A DNA stretch of 64,000 bases from the NCBI GenBank assembly GCA_023213395.1, contig CM041465.1, positions 222,649,741-222,713,740 on the forward strand. Direction: 5' to 3'. The stretch's first letter is position 1; each line of letters opens with the position of its first letter. The position numbers and the translations under genes were made by a program. Origin of the DNA: Cycas panzhihuaensis (lineage: Eukaryota; Plantae; Cycadophyta). Below are positions 23,295-36,742 of the stretch, piece by piece. The notes under the pieces were generated by a model that worked only from the letters and a program-made list of their open reading frames with translations, did no database searches and was not told the DNA's origin.

Positions 23295-25993
23295 TGTTTC
23301 CCAGCTTCCGGGAATGGATACAGAATTACCGACTCAAGTAAGTGCAAGTATGCTTCTCACCCTATCATCGCTTTCTTTTGGTGAGTGTTTGCTTGTATGT
23401 TTGTATGTTGTGACCTTGTAGATGATTTTGTCTTCGTCTACCCTTACTTAGCCTATGACGACTATAGCGAGGGCACACTCCCAGTGAGTGTGGCACCCCG
23501 GTGGCCATTCCACTTCCCGCATTCTGCCCTACTCACTCCAGGATCCACTTGGCTTGTGCCACCTCTGCCCATGTAATGACTCGTCATTGTTGGTTGACTT
23601 GCCACATCGTTTGAATCCTATTTTTGCTCTTCTAGACTTGTTTATTGGCTTGTTTGCCCTCGGGTAGATGTCTCGGCCCCTTATTTGCCTTTTTTTTGTC
23701 ATTAGCCCACCAGTGGTTGTCGAGCGATTTTGCCTCGGTGAATCTGCAGTAAATTTCACGATGCCAGTAAATTCTGATGCAGATTTTGCGGTGGGATGAC
23801 TATCTATACTTATTTTTTTAAAAACTGCCATGGCAATTTCGCATTTATTGCGAAATTGCCACATGTCTCGCGACTTGACTCGCCTCCAACTGTGCCCTAA
23901 TCGCTCGCTTTAGGGCTTGGGCTAGGTATTTAAGTCGTCACTAACTCATTTTTAGGATCTTTTGTTCATTTTTGGATTGCTCCTTAAGGAAAACACCCTG
24001 TGCTCTGTTGTTCTCTACTGATCTACTCTTCTCAGACACACACCTCTCCTCCAAAGGCTCTCCTTTGATACAGCTAGGACATCTTCCCAACCCTTCACAC
24101 GCCTTGGAGAGGGCCCCTTTAGAGAGATCTCAGCAGATTCTTGCTCAGGCAGCCATCAAGCATTCTAAGTGCAAGTGTTCTTCCTCCAACTCCATTAGCA
24201 GGGTTCCAAGCCTGCCATTCCATAGTTTCTGTGTTGATTTCTCAGCCTCTCTTTAGCAGCCCTTGACTGAGGCAAGATCCTCCCCTCCCCTTCTCAGGTA
24301 TTCATTAATTTGAGCTACTTTCTTATTCAATTGATGCCCTATTTTGCTTGTCCTCTTGCTTAGGTTTTTGGAGGTTGGTTTTTCCTTTGTATTGGACTGT
24401 TTTACTCCTGTCATTAGTGAATCCCTGCCTGCATTTATTGTTCAAGGCAATGGAAAAGAGGGGTTGCATAGGGTTTGGGAGAGAGTTGGGTGGATTTCGT
24501 ACCACCTTCCACACTCCTCAAGTGGCTCTTAGCCCCCCAAACCTTCCCTCTTGCCCAATGTTGTCCTTGGCACTCAAACAAGGGTTTGTTAGGCCTTCCT
24601 TAGCCGCTGAAATCAGCGTTGTCACACGTTGCAGCACTGGTTTGAGGGCTTGTGCTTCGATCCGGGTAACTCATGTAAGTCCCGAATACTTGCCCTTTGC
24701 CCAACTCCTTTCCCCAGCAACCCAGTTTGCTCTTCATAGCACCCCAGCTTGCTGTAGGTCCTCTTTGGCTCTTTTCAACCCTCTTTGCTACTGTTTCCAG
24801 CCATCTTTCTCAGCCTTACCCTCGCTGCCTCGTGGCTTTTGGGGGAGATTGGGGTTGTTCTTTACAAGAGGTGGGCCACTCCGAGGTTTTCTGGTTACTT
24901 TCCATTTACTTTGGTTGTCCTCCTTTACATACTACCATCATTATATTGATACTAACATACACTTAGTTAAGTTTATATTCACTTTGCATATACATGTATT
25001 GTTAGGATCTTTCCATTGTATGCTAGCACCCTTTCTCCGAAAAAAGGGGGGGATTGTCATTCACTTGTAGGTATTTGGGAAGTGCAATGGATTCGTCCCT
25101 CTTTCTTCCTTGGTAGGTGAGTGCTCTTGTCTATGCTTTACTTTCGCACTTCATTTATTGTTAACATTTTGTTCTTTTCCTTCCTTTGTTTGGTACTTTA
25201 GTACTTTTTCCGGGGAAGGTAAGGGAGCCCCTTGTTCTGATCCGTCGTGACTCTTCATGACCACTGCGCCTTATGGAGTGGCTTTGAGCGCCTCTTGGGA
25301 GAGTCACCATTACGACACGCTTCAGTCCTAGGTACACGCTTTCGCTTCACTTCATCACCTTTTCCTTATGAGTTCTTTACATATTAGTAATTAGCTCATT
25401 GAAAATAGAAAGGAAATCAACCTTGCTTTGGTTCATACTTTATTTACTTTATTGCTTGCATCTTCTTTTGCCATAGGAAAAGGTTTTAGGAAACTTTCCT
25501 CCTCACCTTTTCCCTTCTTCTGCCATGCAAACTTCCCTCTCTCCTTATTATTTGTTTATTCAGTTAGTTTGCTTACACATACCTTAACCCATTTTCTTGG
25601 ATTATCCCTCTTCTGTCCTCTTGGTTCCCCGCTTAGCCGGATAACTGAGGTGACCCCATCCATAGGCCACCTACTTGCCTACCCTTCCTCGTCTCCCGTT
25701 GCTCTAGGGAAACCCTCGAAGGGTTCGCTCCTTCCCCTTCCGGCCATCCAAGGGTGGGAGGATCCTTCCCTTAGGTCAACTCAGGCTAACCCTATGCCTC
25801 ATCACCTCTTGTTCGAAGTGAGGGGATCACTCTTTGGTAGATATATTCCATTTGCAGGTCCCAAACTCGCGCTCCGGTGCACAGGGTACCCTGCGTGGTA
25901 CTTGCCCTACTTGTAGGTCTTTTCCCCATCATATTATCAATCGCTCTTACCATTCCTACTTAGTTAGGTAGCTATCCCGTAGATGCGTATCCA
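23295..25993 (+). repeat. 3' LTR of element B
   Basis: TGTTTCCCAGCTTCC...GTATCCA followed by TSD GGTGG. Confidence 0.97.
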
Positions 25994-28900
25994 GGTGGCT
26001 ATGGACCTATGATGGCAAGCGAAAGAAACCACCCAAAAAAGGTGTTTGTACATCATAATGCAAGTTTGGGACCTGCAAATGGTGCACAAACTACTTTAAG
26101 GCAACTCTTCCTCGATTTGGAATGGTGGATAGATGAGGGATCTCCTCAGTTTCTCGAGTAACCTCAAAAGGGGCCCTCACGTCCTTAGTTGGCTAAAGGA
26201 GGGAGGAAAGAGGTGAGGGAATGGCTCATTGCGCAAAGGAGAGAACACACATATGTAAGCTTAAGGTGGCTTACAACGTGAGTGGTCAAGAGGATGGCTA
26301 GTTTCACAAGCTAGACGTGGACATTAAGACAAAACTAGGGAAGTCTAGCCTAGAGAAATAAGAAACATAAAGTAAACGACCTTGGGAGGGGGGCTCTCAA
26401 GGTGCCAAACCTAAGGAGGATCCTAGGAGCAACAAATCAACAAGAAGGGTTGTCTTTGTATTTGCCTTTGTTTAGTATATGATAAAGAAATGTAAAGTGA
26501 GGGTGTGGTGTATATGCTAATGTTGTGTCTTTATGTTTAAAACAAATTATTTTTAGAGGCAAGAAAGTAATGCAAATCTCTCTCTCATTTACTTATGCAT
26601 GCAACCTCACTCTCCTTTGTCTTTTTAGAGGCAAGAATGGGAGATCAAAGAGATCGTTATGTGACACAAAGCTCATGCAAAAGGGTGCAAAGCTACTAGG
26701 TGACAATGCAATGAAATTGGAGGGGCACACACATGCAGGTGCCTAGTTTTCCACTATATGAGCTTTGCAAAGAAACAAGTAAGTGAAGTGCAAGAAATCC
26801 AAACTAATCTTTTTCTTTCCTTTTTTCTAGAATGACATTCAAAAGAGGGGGGAAAGAGTAAGGAGAAGAAGCCTAGAAAAAGGGAGATATACCCAAAATG
26901 TGGCAGGCAAAGTAGCATTACCCTTACCACGCTTTCGATCCTTGCCCTTCTCCTAACTATGGATGGCGCAACGAGAGGAGTGACGGTGAAGGAGGGGGCT
27001 TCCTTACCTTCCCCCAAAATCAAAAGGAAAAAAGGAAATGTAGCACAAGAGAATGTAAAGATGCTTGCACCTCTACTTTACAACTTTGAAAGCAAAAGAA
27101 AGTAACTATTGAAGGGAGCGTAATTTACCTGAGACGAAGTCCCTTTTTTCTCTAAGTGCAATAGAAAACCTGCAACCAAACGAGGTGTTCCCTTTCCTAA
27201 GGGGCACCAAACATATGCGAGATAGATATGCAATATGGAAAGTGACAGGATGTAACTATCTTAATTAAAAGAAATATATTCAACACCAATATCACTCCTT
27301 ATGCTTCGCATGTTATTTAGTATGTAATATGGGAAAAAATGGAGGAAAGAGAAAGGAGGGTGGTGGTTAGCCTTGGAATGGATAACCCTCCAAATCAAAG
27401 GTGCTCCACATTGCCCCCAAGTACCAAGATGAAGGGAGGAACAAATGCAAACTAACTTCTCAGAATACAAGCAATGACGGTAAGAAATGTTAGAAACGTT
27501 GCCAATGTTGTAGAAGTTGCAACACGCAACTTTTGCAAGTTTCGCAAAAGTTTAGAACCAAGGGACAAGAGAATATAGAGTGGGGGCCAAAACCCCACCC
27601 ATGTAGGATCTGCTAGGCTAGTTGCAAGCGCAGCAATGGGTTGCCTACGCTGCTACAAGTAATGATCTATCTTCCAATGGTCATTTAGGAACTCAAGGGA
27701 GGTATGGAGAAGGGAGAGGTGAGGAGAGAAGGGGGTTGCCCTTGAGGAGAAGGCTTGTGGGGTGCAGGACCCCACCTTTAGCTCCTTTCACTCTCCATAG
27801 GTGCCTCTCCCTTGCTGCCTCCTCGAAGAAACTAGGAAGGAGCCAAAAGAAGGAGAAGACAAGTAAAAAGGGGAGGGTTTGCCTCCTGTTTGCAATAGAA
27901 AGAAAGAGAAATTTGTTGTAAAAAAGTATTGGCAAGTAGTATTTATGTTACTCAAAGGAAAGAAAGTAAAGGCTTGACCATGAGGTACCTATTATAGGTA
28001 GATCTACCTATGAAATTGAATGGAGAAGCAAACCCTATAGGATTTGCAGGAGAAAACCCCAATAGTGCAGTAAATAGGAAGAAAATTGGAGCAAGAAAGG
28101 TAGTTGGAACTTGATGGAGCATTTGGAGCACGTTCTTCTCTTGGCTGGCCATGTTGTAGGCCTACAACTGCGTGTCTGGATCTGCAAGAGGCTGGTAGCT
28201 GGATGAGAAGTAGATGTAGCAGACTTGGTCCTATTTACAAGGTGCTTTTAGAGGAAGTAGTGGAAAAATGAGTGAAAGAGAGATAAAATCGAGCTATTAG
28301 GGTTTGGCTTGGGCCAAAGACAAGTCATTGCCACATGGTAATTTTGCAATAAATGTGAAATTAGCTATGGTAAATTTAAAAACTAACTGTGGACAGTCGC
28401 CCCCCGGTAAACTTAGTGGTACCGCAAAGTTTGTAGCAGTACTGTGAAGTTTAACACGGTGCAGCAGAAGCAAAGAGAAAAGCAAAGGAAGAGAAGCTTG
28501 GAAGCTCCAAAAGAGGGGAAACTCATGCCCAAAGAACCATGATACTCTGTCCAGGTGGTGGGAAGGAGTTGTGGGGCTTAGAGAGGCCATAGCGAATAAG
28601 TAATGAAGGTGAAAGGTTCCCCAAAAAGATAACAAATGGACACAGGACGACAACCAAGCCTAGGCGGGGTGCTAGGGGTCATGATACGCCGATGGGTGAT
28701 GTGATTAGGCTACAGAAGCCAAATGGTACTTGGGAGTGTTTTGGAGGCAAGGAGGAGGGTTGTGGAGTGCCATAGGATATGTATCCCTAGACCATCATAG
28801 GCTAAAAAAGTGTAGAGATGCAGTATGGTCAGGCAAACAAATGAGAAGTGATCATGCAGTCAATCAATCAGAATGCAATGCAGGTAAAGTACCTCGATCC

Positions 28901-28998
28901 ACCTTTTCTAGAACTAGCAAGGGTAGGGATAGAAGCATACTTAAATTTACCTGAGTCGACTCACCCATGTCCATTCCTGATAGCTAGTAAATAGGTAG

Positions 28999-31900
28999 AT
29001 ACTTATATCATAGTCATAAAAGAGTACATTCAAATGCACCAAAGAACTATGAAAATTTTAAACCTCAAAGATGCAATATGAATAGCCAAAGTAGTTGAGG
29101 CAAAATTTATAATAAAAAGAACATCTTTCTTCTAGTGAGATACTACATGGCACTAACAATCGTGATAAGCTAAATTCCCATGAAGACAACCCTAGGTGAA
29201 TGACTTACATGGACTTGCTATGAAATGGCCTTTAGAGTAACCCATAAATAAGCCAATTCAAGTCCCATCAGTAAAGGTGTATCGATACATTACAATCGGT
29301 CTTTATGTCTAATGCTTAGAAAAGTAAACCCCTAGACATAGTAAAGTTTACAAAGCCAAGAAAATGATCTTCACAAGAGATCCTAATCTATCCCTAAAAG
29401 ATGATTTTGATTCTGAACTAAAATTTGATGAAAACCCTATATAGAACCCCCTTCTACTTTAGAACCAAAAGTCTCCTTATCTGCAATAGCATCCTCTTTG
29501 TGTCTTGAACCACTACACATCAAAGGAATACTTTAGAAAATACCAATTACTATTTTGATTAATGGTGACTTATCGATAAACTTCATAGATATTTCCTTGG
29601 CTAAATAATTAAATCTTTATATTGCCCAACAAATTGGATTCATATGTTCTGTGCCCAACCATTATAAACTTTATTGTGCTGAAACAATCAAGAAACTCAC
29701 CATCCAAAATGATATTTGTAGGCAAAGCTCTAATTTTTATGCCCTGTCTATTAGTGGATTAGATGTTACTCTTGACATCCAATGGATTAAAAAATTAGGT
29801 ATCTATAATATAAATAAGTCCTCTGCCAATCCATTCATCTTATTTAAGGACCAAAAGGAATAAATATATAAACTTAATGAAATATAACCCCACCCCTAAA
29901 TAAACTAATTTCTCTAAACTAAATGTGAAAATAATTAAGCAGCCAAGTAGGCTATATTGTATGCATCAACAACACCCAAGCCCATATATACATTTACCCA
30001 GATATCCAACACATCCTTCATAAATATCAAGTTAATATTTCCCCCTCTATCAGCTAGTCCCCCAATAGATCACAGGTGTTACTATACCATTGAGCTCAAA
30101 AATCCCTACAACCCTATTAGTCTTTGACCCTATAGAAATTTCTACTTTCAAAAGAATAAAATTTTTTAAATTACTAATGAGTTAATAAAAATGGAGGTAA
30201 TTCAACCTAGCAAAAGCCCATGTGTTGCCTATATTATATTTGCTCAAGATAAGGATGGCTCATTTAGGCTCTATGTTGATTATCAAAAATTGAATAAAAT
30301 AACAATAAAAAATAAGTTCCTTGGCCCAAGAATGGATGACATGTTAAAAGAAATCCATGGTGCCATAGTCTTTACCAAGTTGGATCTCTAATTCAGATAC
30401 TATCAAATCATAATTATACATAAAGATTGGCACAAAATGGCCTTCCATACACACCATGATTACTACAAATTCCATGTCATGCCTTTCCATTTATGCAATG
30501 CCTCTATCACATTTTAAATCCTAATGAACAAGGTGTTTGCCCCTTACCTTAGGAATTTTTTTTTTTTTTTTAATGATATTCTCATATATAGCACAAGCAT
30601 GGACATTCACACTCGCCATTTAGTGACAATCCTAAAAAATTTAGCTAAACACCAATTATATGGCAAGCTTTCCAAGTATGAGTTTCATAAGTCTAAACTA
30701 TAATACCTTAGCCACATTATCTCTATAAAAAGTGTTTAGGTTTACCCTAATAAGATAGTGGTTATTACCAACTAGCCAACCCCAAAAAGTCTTTACCTAG
30801 TTGCATGCCTTCTTAGGACTCATATAATTCTATAGGTAGTTCGTTTAGAATTATACAACCTTAATGACACCATTAACCAAATTACTCTAGAAATATTATT
30901 TATAATGGACACCCACTATTAATGATGTCTCCATTCATCTTAAAGAAATCATGTCCTCTACTCTAATCTTGGCCACATCGAACTTCTCTCAACCATTCCA
31001 ACTAGAATGTGATCAGGTTTTGGCTTCGGTGCAATCCTTATGCAAAACCTATACCTTATTACTTTTGAAAGTTGAAAACTTAAAGACCATAAGCGTAGGG
31101 TGTCAACCTACCAAAAAGAAATAGTGGTTATTTTCCATGCTATCAACAAATAGTGACAATATCTCATTGGATCAAAGTTCACCATCCTAATCAATCACCA
31201 TAGCCTCTACCACCTATTAGACCAATTGATTATGTCCAAAGAACAAGTCAAGTGGATGGAGCACCTCTAAGTTTTTTATTTAACAGTTGCTTATAAAAAA
31301 GGCCAAGATAATGTAATGGCAGATGCTCTTTCTTGCCTTCCAACTGACTCGTCCCTCATTCTTTTATATGAATACTCCATCCATGCCATCTCCACACCAC
31401 ATCCCATATAAGCATAAGACTTGGCTCAGGAAAACCAATCCCAATTAGATTATAACAAATAGGACAACAAAGTTCACACTAAAAAAATTGGTCCATATAA
31501 AACAATCTCCTTCTATATAAAAATCACATATTCATCCACCCAGCCTCTAACTTTATTCCTCAAATCTTAATAGAATACTAATATACTTCGTTAGGAGGCC
31601 ATTCCAAGTTTGACAAAATCTACTGATGAATTTATTCTAACTTCTATTAGTCACATATGAAATTATCCATTTTAACATTTATTTTATAATGCAATATGAG
31701 TCAGTGTAATAAAGCCAATACAAATGCCCAACCAAGTTTATTATAACTACTCCATATTCCACAAGGGAAATGGTAAGATATTGCCATGAACCTTGTTATG
31801 GATTCCCTCTATTTATCAAGTATGACTTCATATTAGTGGTCATTGACTGGTTGACAAAATACATATACTTTTTACCAATCCACATTTCATATAAAGTATC

Positions 31901-32815
31901 ATGCATTGTACATATGAATCTTCAAACAATATTTTATTTGCATGGTTTTCCATCAACTATAGTGTACAATTGAGATCTTAGGTTCACCAGCTTATTTTGG
32001 CAAGAGCTCTTTTGAGCTTTAGGTACATCATTCAATATGAATTCTACCTATCACCGCCAAACAAATGGATAATCTAAAGTTCTTAACAAAACACTAAAAA
32101 CTTACTTGTATTGTTATGCTTTTGAATACTAGACAAGATGGCCATCATTACTAACCCTAGTACAATATTAGTATAATTCTTTGAATCACCTAGCTATAAG
32201 AATGTCCCCATCCATGGCAATTTATGGGTACTTACCACCATCCCACCATACACAAGTAACCAACCTTCACATTGCGATAGTACAAGAAAAACTATAACAT
32301 ATGGATCAAATTTTAAATATCCTTAAGGAAAACCTAGTTACAACCCAAAATTGAATTAAGCAATTAATAGAGCACCACCATTCAGATCACTCCTTTGACA
32401 TTGGTGATCTTGTGTTCCTACGCCTTCAACCATATAAATAATAATATCTCAAACATCATAGGAATCCCAAACTCAATCCTCACTACTATGACCCTTATAA
32501 AGTCCTCCAATGTGTTAACGAAGTAGCTTATGCTTTGGAACTCCTACCCAATACCAAAATTCATATTATCTTCCATGTTTCTTATCTCAAAATATATATT
32601 GGCAAAGGCACAACCCCACAAACAGTCCTACCCATCTTGGATGAAGAGCAAACTCTTACTATTCCCTTAGAACGTATCTTGGATAATAGACAATGCCACC
32701 TCTAGAATAGGATAATTAGTAAGTATTTGGTACAATGAGTTGGTTACAAACCAGATGAGATGACTTGGGAATTAGTAGAAACATCCACATCTCCTTTGTT
32801 TTAGGGATTCAACAT
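28999..32815 (+). pseudogene. Remainder of A2 gag-pol (PR, RT, RH, INT, chromodomain)
   Basis: KDGSFRLYVDYQKLNKITIKNKF (30191-30391); ILVVIDWLTKYIYF (31770-31973); chromodomain ERILDNRQCHL...YLVQ*VGYKPDEMTWE (~32660-32790). Colinear with A1. Confidence 0.9.
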
Positions 32816-32831
32816 CTCAGGGGAAAGGACC

Positions 32832-33195
32832 TATTATATGACCACATGTGGCTAGTAGAACTAGGATAGTAGCACTCATGGTTAAGGAACTAGGAGGTTA
32901 AGTGCTAGTCATTAACTTTTATATGTAGATTATTAAAGCCACTAATGAGATGTAAGGTTATTTGGCTTGCCAATAAGATTATTGGGGAAAGGCTCTCTTA
33001 TGTCTATTTAAGGGCCACAAATTGTAAAAGAAGGTTATTTTTTTAATCATTTACTCTAGAGAGATTAGTACTTTTTAGTTCTCTTTTACATCTATTTATA
33101 CTCTTTAGTATACTTTAGTTTTATAATTAGTTTCTATTAATAATATAAGTGTTGCAATTTCTTGCTTATCTTTCTGTTGTTAGTTCTGAGTGTAA
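32832..33195 (+). repeat. Truncated 3' LTR of A2
   Basis: After PPT AGGGGAAAGGA; homologous to 5524-5860. Confidence 0.7.
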
Positions 33196-33224
33196 GTAAA
33201 AGTGGGATAGTCATATCCCATGTA

Positions 33225-34350
33225 TGAGGTTGAACAAGTATATAGTTCAACAAATGACAATGTGAAACTTACGAACTGACATATTAATACATATGTGTAA
33301 TAACATAGAGGTATGTAGTTCAATAAATGACAATGTAAGACTTGTAAACTAGTCACCATTTAACCAGTTGACATGTTAACGAATGTGTGTAAGAGTTTTT
33401 TTCTTTTCTTCCATATCAAATCTTATAATCTCTTATGTAAGCTATATCAATTTTTTTGTAATGTTTTTAATGTAAGACAACTCAAGTTTACAATTCAATA
33501 AATGATAAGTGAAATTTAAGAACTAATCATTATGGAACTTTTGATGAGTATTTTATAAGAGTGCTGAATGAATGTTACCTATGAGTGCAAATGAAGGGAA
33601 ATCAATCCATTCAAGGATAGTTACCCTTGAAATTATATTATATATATGTACATTTAATAGAACATGAGCCCAACAAAACCCCAAATAACTATCCTATTAA
33701 ACTAAATTGTAGCAATTTAAGAGTGTGTTAATCAGATGACAATTCCTAACTTTAATTAAGGGTATTAATATAAGAGAATGTGTGTTAAGGGAAGACCAAG
33801 GTGTGATTGAGTAGTCCAAGATATCCTATGCTACAAGGATCATGAGAGATTACTTTAGTAAATGTAGTGAGAGATAGGAGTGTCAAACCAATACATGAAT
33901 GTGAGAAAGTAAGATGTATAAAAATAAGAGCGTATACTTAGTTTATACTTATGGTAAAGTATGTATGTGCCCAGTTTATGCTCATGATAGAGCATATACA
34001 TATGCAACTCACCAAAGCTTAGGTTTATTGGTAGTTTGACTTGTTGGAGCCATAGTTTATCCTCATTGGAAAGTGGGCCATAGTTTATACTTATTATGGA
34101 GTTAGATGTAGTTTATACTCATTACAGAGTAAGTTATAGTTTATACTCATTATAGAATATATAGCAATTTATACTTATTTTAGAGTGCATCATAGTATAT
34201 ACTCATTACAAAGTTAGTTGTAGTTTATACATGTAGTAGAGTGGCTCATAGTTTATACTCATTATGAAATGGGTTGTAACGCATACTCATTGCAAGGTGG
34301 ATTGTAATTTATACTATACTCATTGCAAAGTTGGTGCTCTAATGTTAGGA
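33225..34350 (-). repeat. Non-coding internal (3' UTR-like) segment of family E, homologous to 40480-41590
   Basis: Shared blocks caacaaatgacaatgtaagacttgt..ctagtcaccatt and gggaagaccaaggtgtgattgagta / gggagactagggcatgattgagta. Confidence 0.65.
34051..34331. repeat. Degenerate 28-bp tandem repeat (~10 units, RTAGTTTATACTCATTAYRGAGT...)
   Basis: Units start at 34052, 34080, 34108, 34136 and so on; about two related units occur at ~41520-41590. Confidence 0.9.
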
Positions 34351-35049
34351 TATGAAGGATTTCATCCATATAGGGAGATATTAAATTATGAGATACTTTA
34401 CGTATGAAGTTCTAAATATTGATCATGACCAGTCTAATATTGTGATGATGGGAGTTGATAAGCATGAGTAGACTATGGAACACTCATATTGAGTTGACCA
34501 GGTTAAACACCTTGCATGAGAGAGTTTGAACATTAATTAATTATAAGTATAAAAAAAGGACTAAATATCATAGTTGATGGATTCAATAAAGTTGTAAGTC
34601 GTTCTCATGGGGAAAGATTTAATTATTACCATTCCCATAAGAGAGGGATTGAGTGGTAAATGCCCTAATGTGAATCGATACCTCGTTGGGATCTTGTGAT
34701 GTAATATTATATGATGGGGTAATTTGAGAGATAAAGCAAAATCCTATTTAAATTAAAGTTTATTTTTCTTAAGTTTCTAGAATACCAAATATTGAAAACA
34801 CTATGAGTGTAAGCACATCAATATCAATTAATATTGATGTCAAGAATTGTGCGAGTGCAACAAGATTGATTACCAAATTTTGATTTTGTAAGATTTGTGG
34901 TTGAGTGTTGGCATCCATATTCCTTAGAATTAGGAGTGTCATTTCTAAAGCTTACACTATTGAAGTAGCAAAAGCCTAATCAAAGGAGGATATAGATGAT
35001 TATAGGAGACCTTTGGGTGGGTTTTGGGTATTTTATAAGAGAGGTGGAG

Positions 35050-36705
35050 AACTAGACAAAGCGATTCTCAATTATTGTGGTTGAGAGGTAGAAGGTGACT
35101 TAGAAGTAGTACTCTAGGGACCTTTGTGACATATCCTATAAATAGACTACAAGAGTGAAATAGACTATAAGAGTGACTCAACTTCAACTTTTAGAAGAGA
35201 TGAAGTGGTAGGCGAAAGCATGTTTTTTCCCTCTAGAACATCTTCTACAATAGCTTTGTCAATGGGAGGACTAAAGGTATGAATTATAGTAGAGGTTTTA
35301 AGAGGCACTTTATTTATTTGCGAGCATTGAGCCTCAAAAAAGTAGCATGGTTACATAAAATAAGCATGAATGAAAATTTTGTTAGAAACCAAAATCCAAA
35401 GACACAGAAAACAGAAGAGTATAGAATTAAGAAGGTTATGAAATGGAGATGGGAGGCCAAGACCATGAGGCGGTTCGAGTAGCTTAATACTAGTAGAGGG
35501 AACAAGTTCATGTTGTTGCACATAAGGCACTAGGCTAAATGCAGGGTAGTTCATCTAATACAGTAGTGATGGCATGCCCTCCTCGTTGTTGTTGATGATT
35601 GGAGAATCTCTCATACTATTAAAACCCTTTAAGAGGGTTTGGTCTGGCCTAGCGTTAAGGTGGAACTACCTACCGTTGAGACTCTGCATTAATGTGATTA
35701 TTCGTGAACAGTTGGTAATGGAGATTATTAGTTGGTCTAGGTTCCTTAGAGCTCATGACAGGATTGTTAAGCTCAAAGATTGTGCTGTGGCTTGGCAGTT
35801 TCTTCCCCAAAGCTTATTCGAGTCTTACGTTTTGTTAAAATTGGAGGCTTGTGGTCTACTTGGGGTGTTGATGTGAGGATGGCATTGTGTGATCTCTTGC
35901 TTTTAATGACTAAAAATAGGTTATGGTCTATTCTTGTATGGTTGTGGGGATCGCCTCTTGCTTTTGTTTGGTTCGGCTCCTACCTGTGGGATCCTAGGGG
36001 ATAAAGTGCTTTCTTATCCTTTGTTGCTTTCCCTTACGATGGATTGATTTTTACTGGAGTGGTGTTCAAGGAGGTTTAAGAGGTGTGTAGTGGCTTTAAA
36101 ATACTCTGAGATTGCATTGTTTATAGTCTATGGTGGCGTGCACTCTATTTTTAGGACCGTTTATAGCTCTTGGTATCTTGGTGTGGTAGAGGATCATATG
36201 GTGACAGATGTTCTTCTCAAGTGATAAGCATTAGGGAAAACGAGTCCCTCACATATTTGGATGGAACTATTTGGGACCTGAGCTCCTCTCTCACCACCAA
36301 GAAAAGCAAGTGTATTGTCTTTTTTTTGACAAGGGCATAGGTGCTTTCACTTGGGTCCCAAACTAGATCCGTTTGACTCTATTGGTACAATTCGATGGTC
36401 CAAGTGCCTGGTAGAATAAGTATATGTTTGTTTAAGCCTCATGGGGCTGGGTGGATTGGTAAGTGGTGGCGATTACCAAGGCGAGACCCAGGTTCAAAAC
36501 CCATGAGTGCAAGTCACATAGGAAGTAGTCGGCCAGGCGTCATTCTGCAAAGATAGTAATCCGACCAAAGTCCGTTGAGTGTGTGCCGGTATGCGATGGC
36601 GGTATGAACTCAAGCGTAGCCTTACAAAGCGGTACAAAACACGGACCGGGGTCCCCTTACTTCGGAACTTTCACTAAGGGTGGCTAGAGGTTCTCCTCTA
36701 GATAT

Positions 36706-36742
<37 letters not shown>

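Larger units (their letters stand above)
8011..25993 (+). mobile_element. Tat-clade Ty3/gypsy retrotransposon B with accessory PMD and aRH genes
   Basis: Paired ~2.7-kb LTRs TG...CA, perfect TSD GGTGG (8006-8010 and 25994-25998), PBS, PPT, gag-PR-RT-RH-INT(truncated), extra RNase H. Confidence 0.95.
7940..28993 (-). mobile_element. Solo LTR C (~3.07 kb; pieces 25999-28993 and 7940-8005) of a Tat-type family related to B
   Basis: Minus strand begins TATTTACTAGCTATCAGGAATGG (decayed TGTTTCCCAGCT..GGGAATGG as in B and D) at 28993 and ends ...TTCCA at 7940. TSD AGTAG (7935-7939) / GGTAG (28994-28998), one mismatch. No coding domains. Confidence 0.85.
5524..33195 (+). mobile_element. Decayed chromovirus A2, interrupted by a 21-kb nested insertion (7940-28993)
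   Basis: gag 7331-7939 rejoins at 28999 (NNLILV|DTYIIVIKE vs A1 DKQNVIDIYVVGLQD); pol 29500-32800; PPT 32819-32829; 3' LTR from 32832, truncated near 33195. Confidence 0.85.

Noticed and set aside
24348-25070. 240-aa hydrophobic ORF (env-like?) and similar ORFs at 9080-9615, 10131-10484, 25428-25916
   Set aside because: They lie inside LTRs, are broken differently in the partner LTR, and the hydrophobicity follows from T/C-rich composition; no domain motifs.
34051-34331. CRISPR-like regularly spaced repeats
   Set aside because: The variable parts are homologous to one another and only ~10 bp, there are no cas genes, and the context is eukaryotic; it is a minisatellite.
36436-36512. Functional tRNA gene
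   Set aside because: Poor D and anticodon arms, and it is followed by a unique body, poly(A) and TSD; it is a SINE head.
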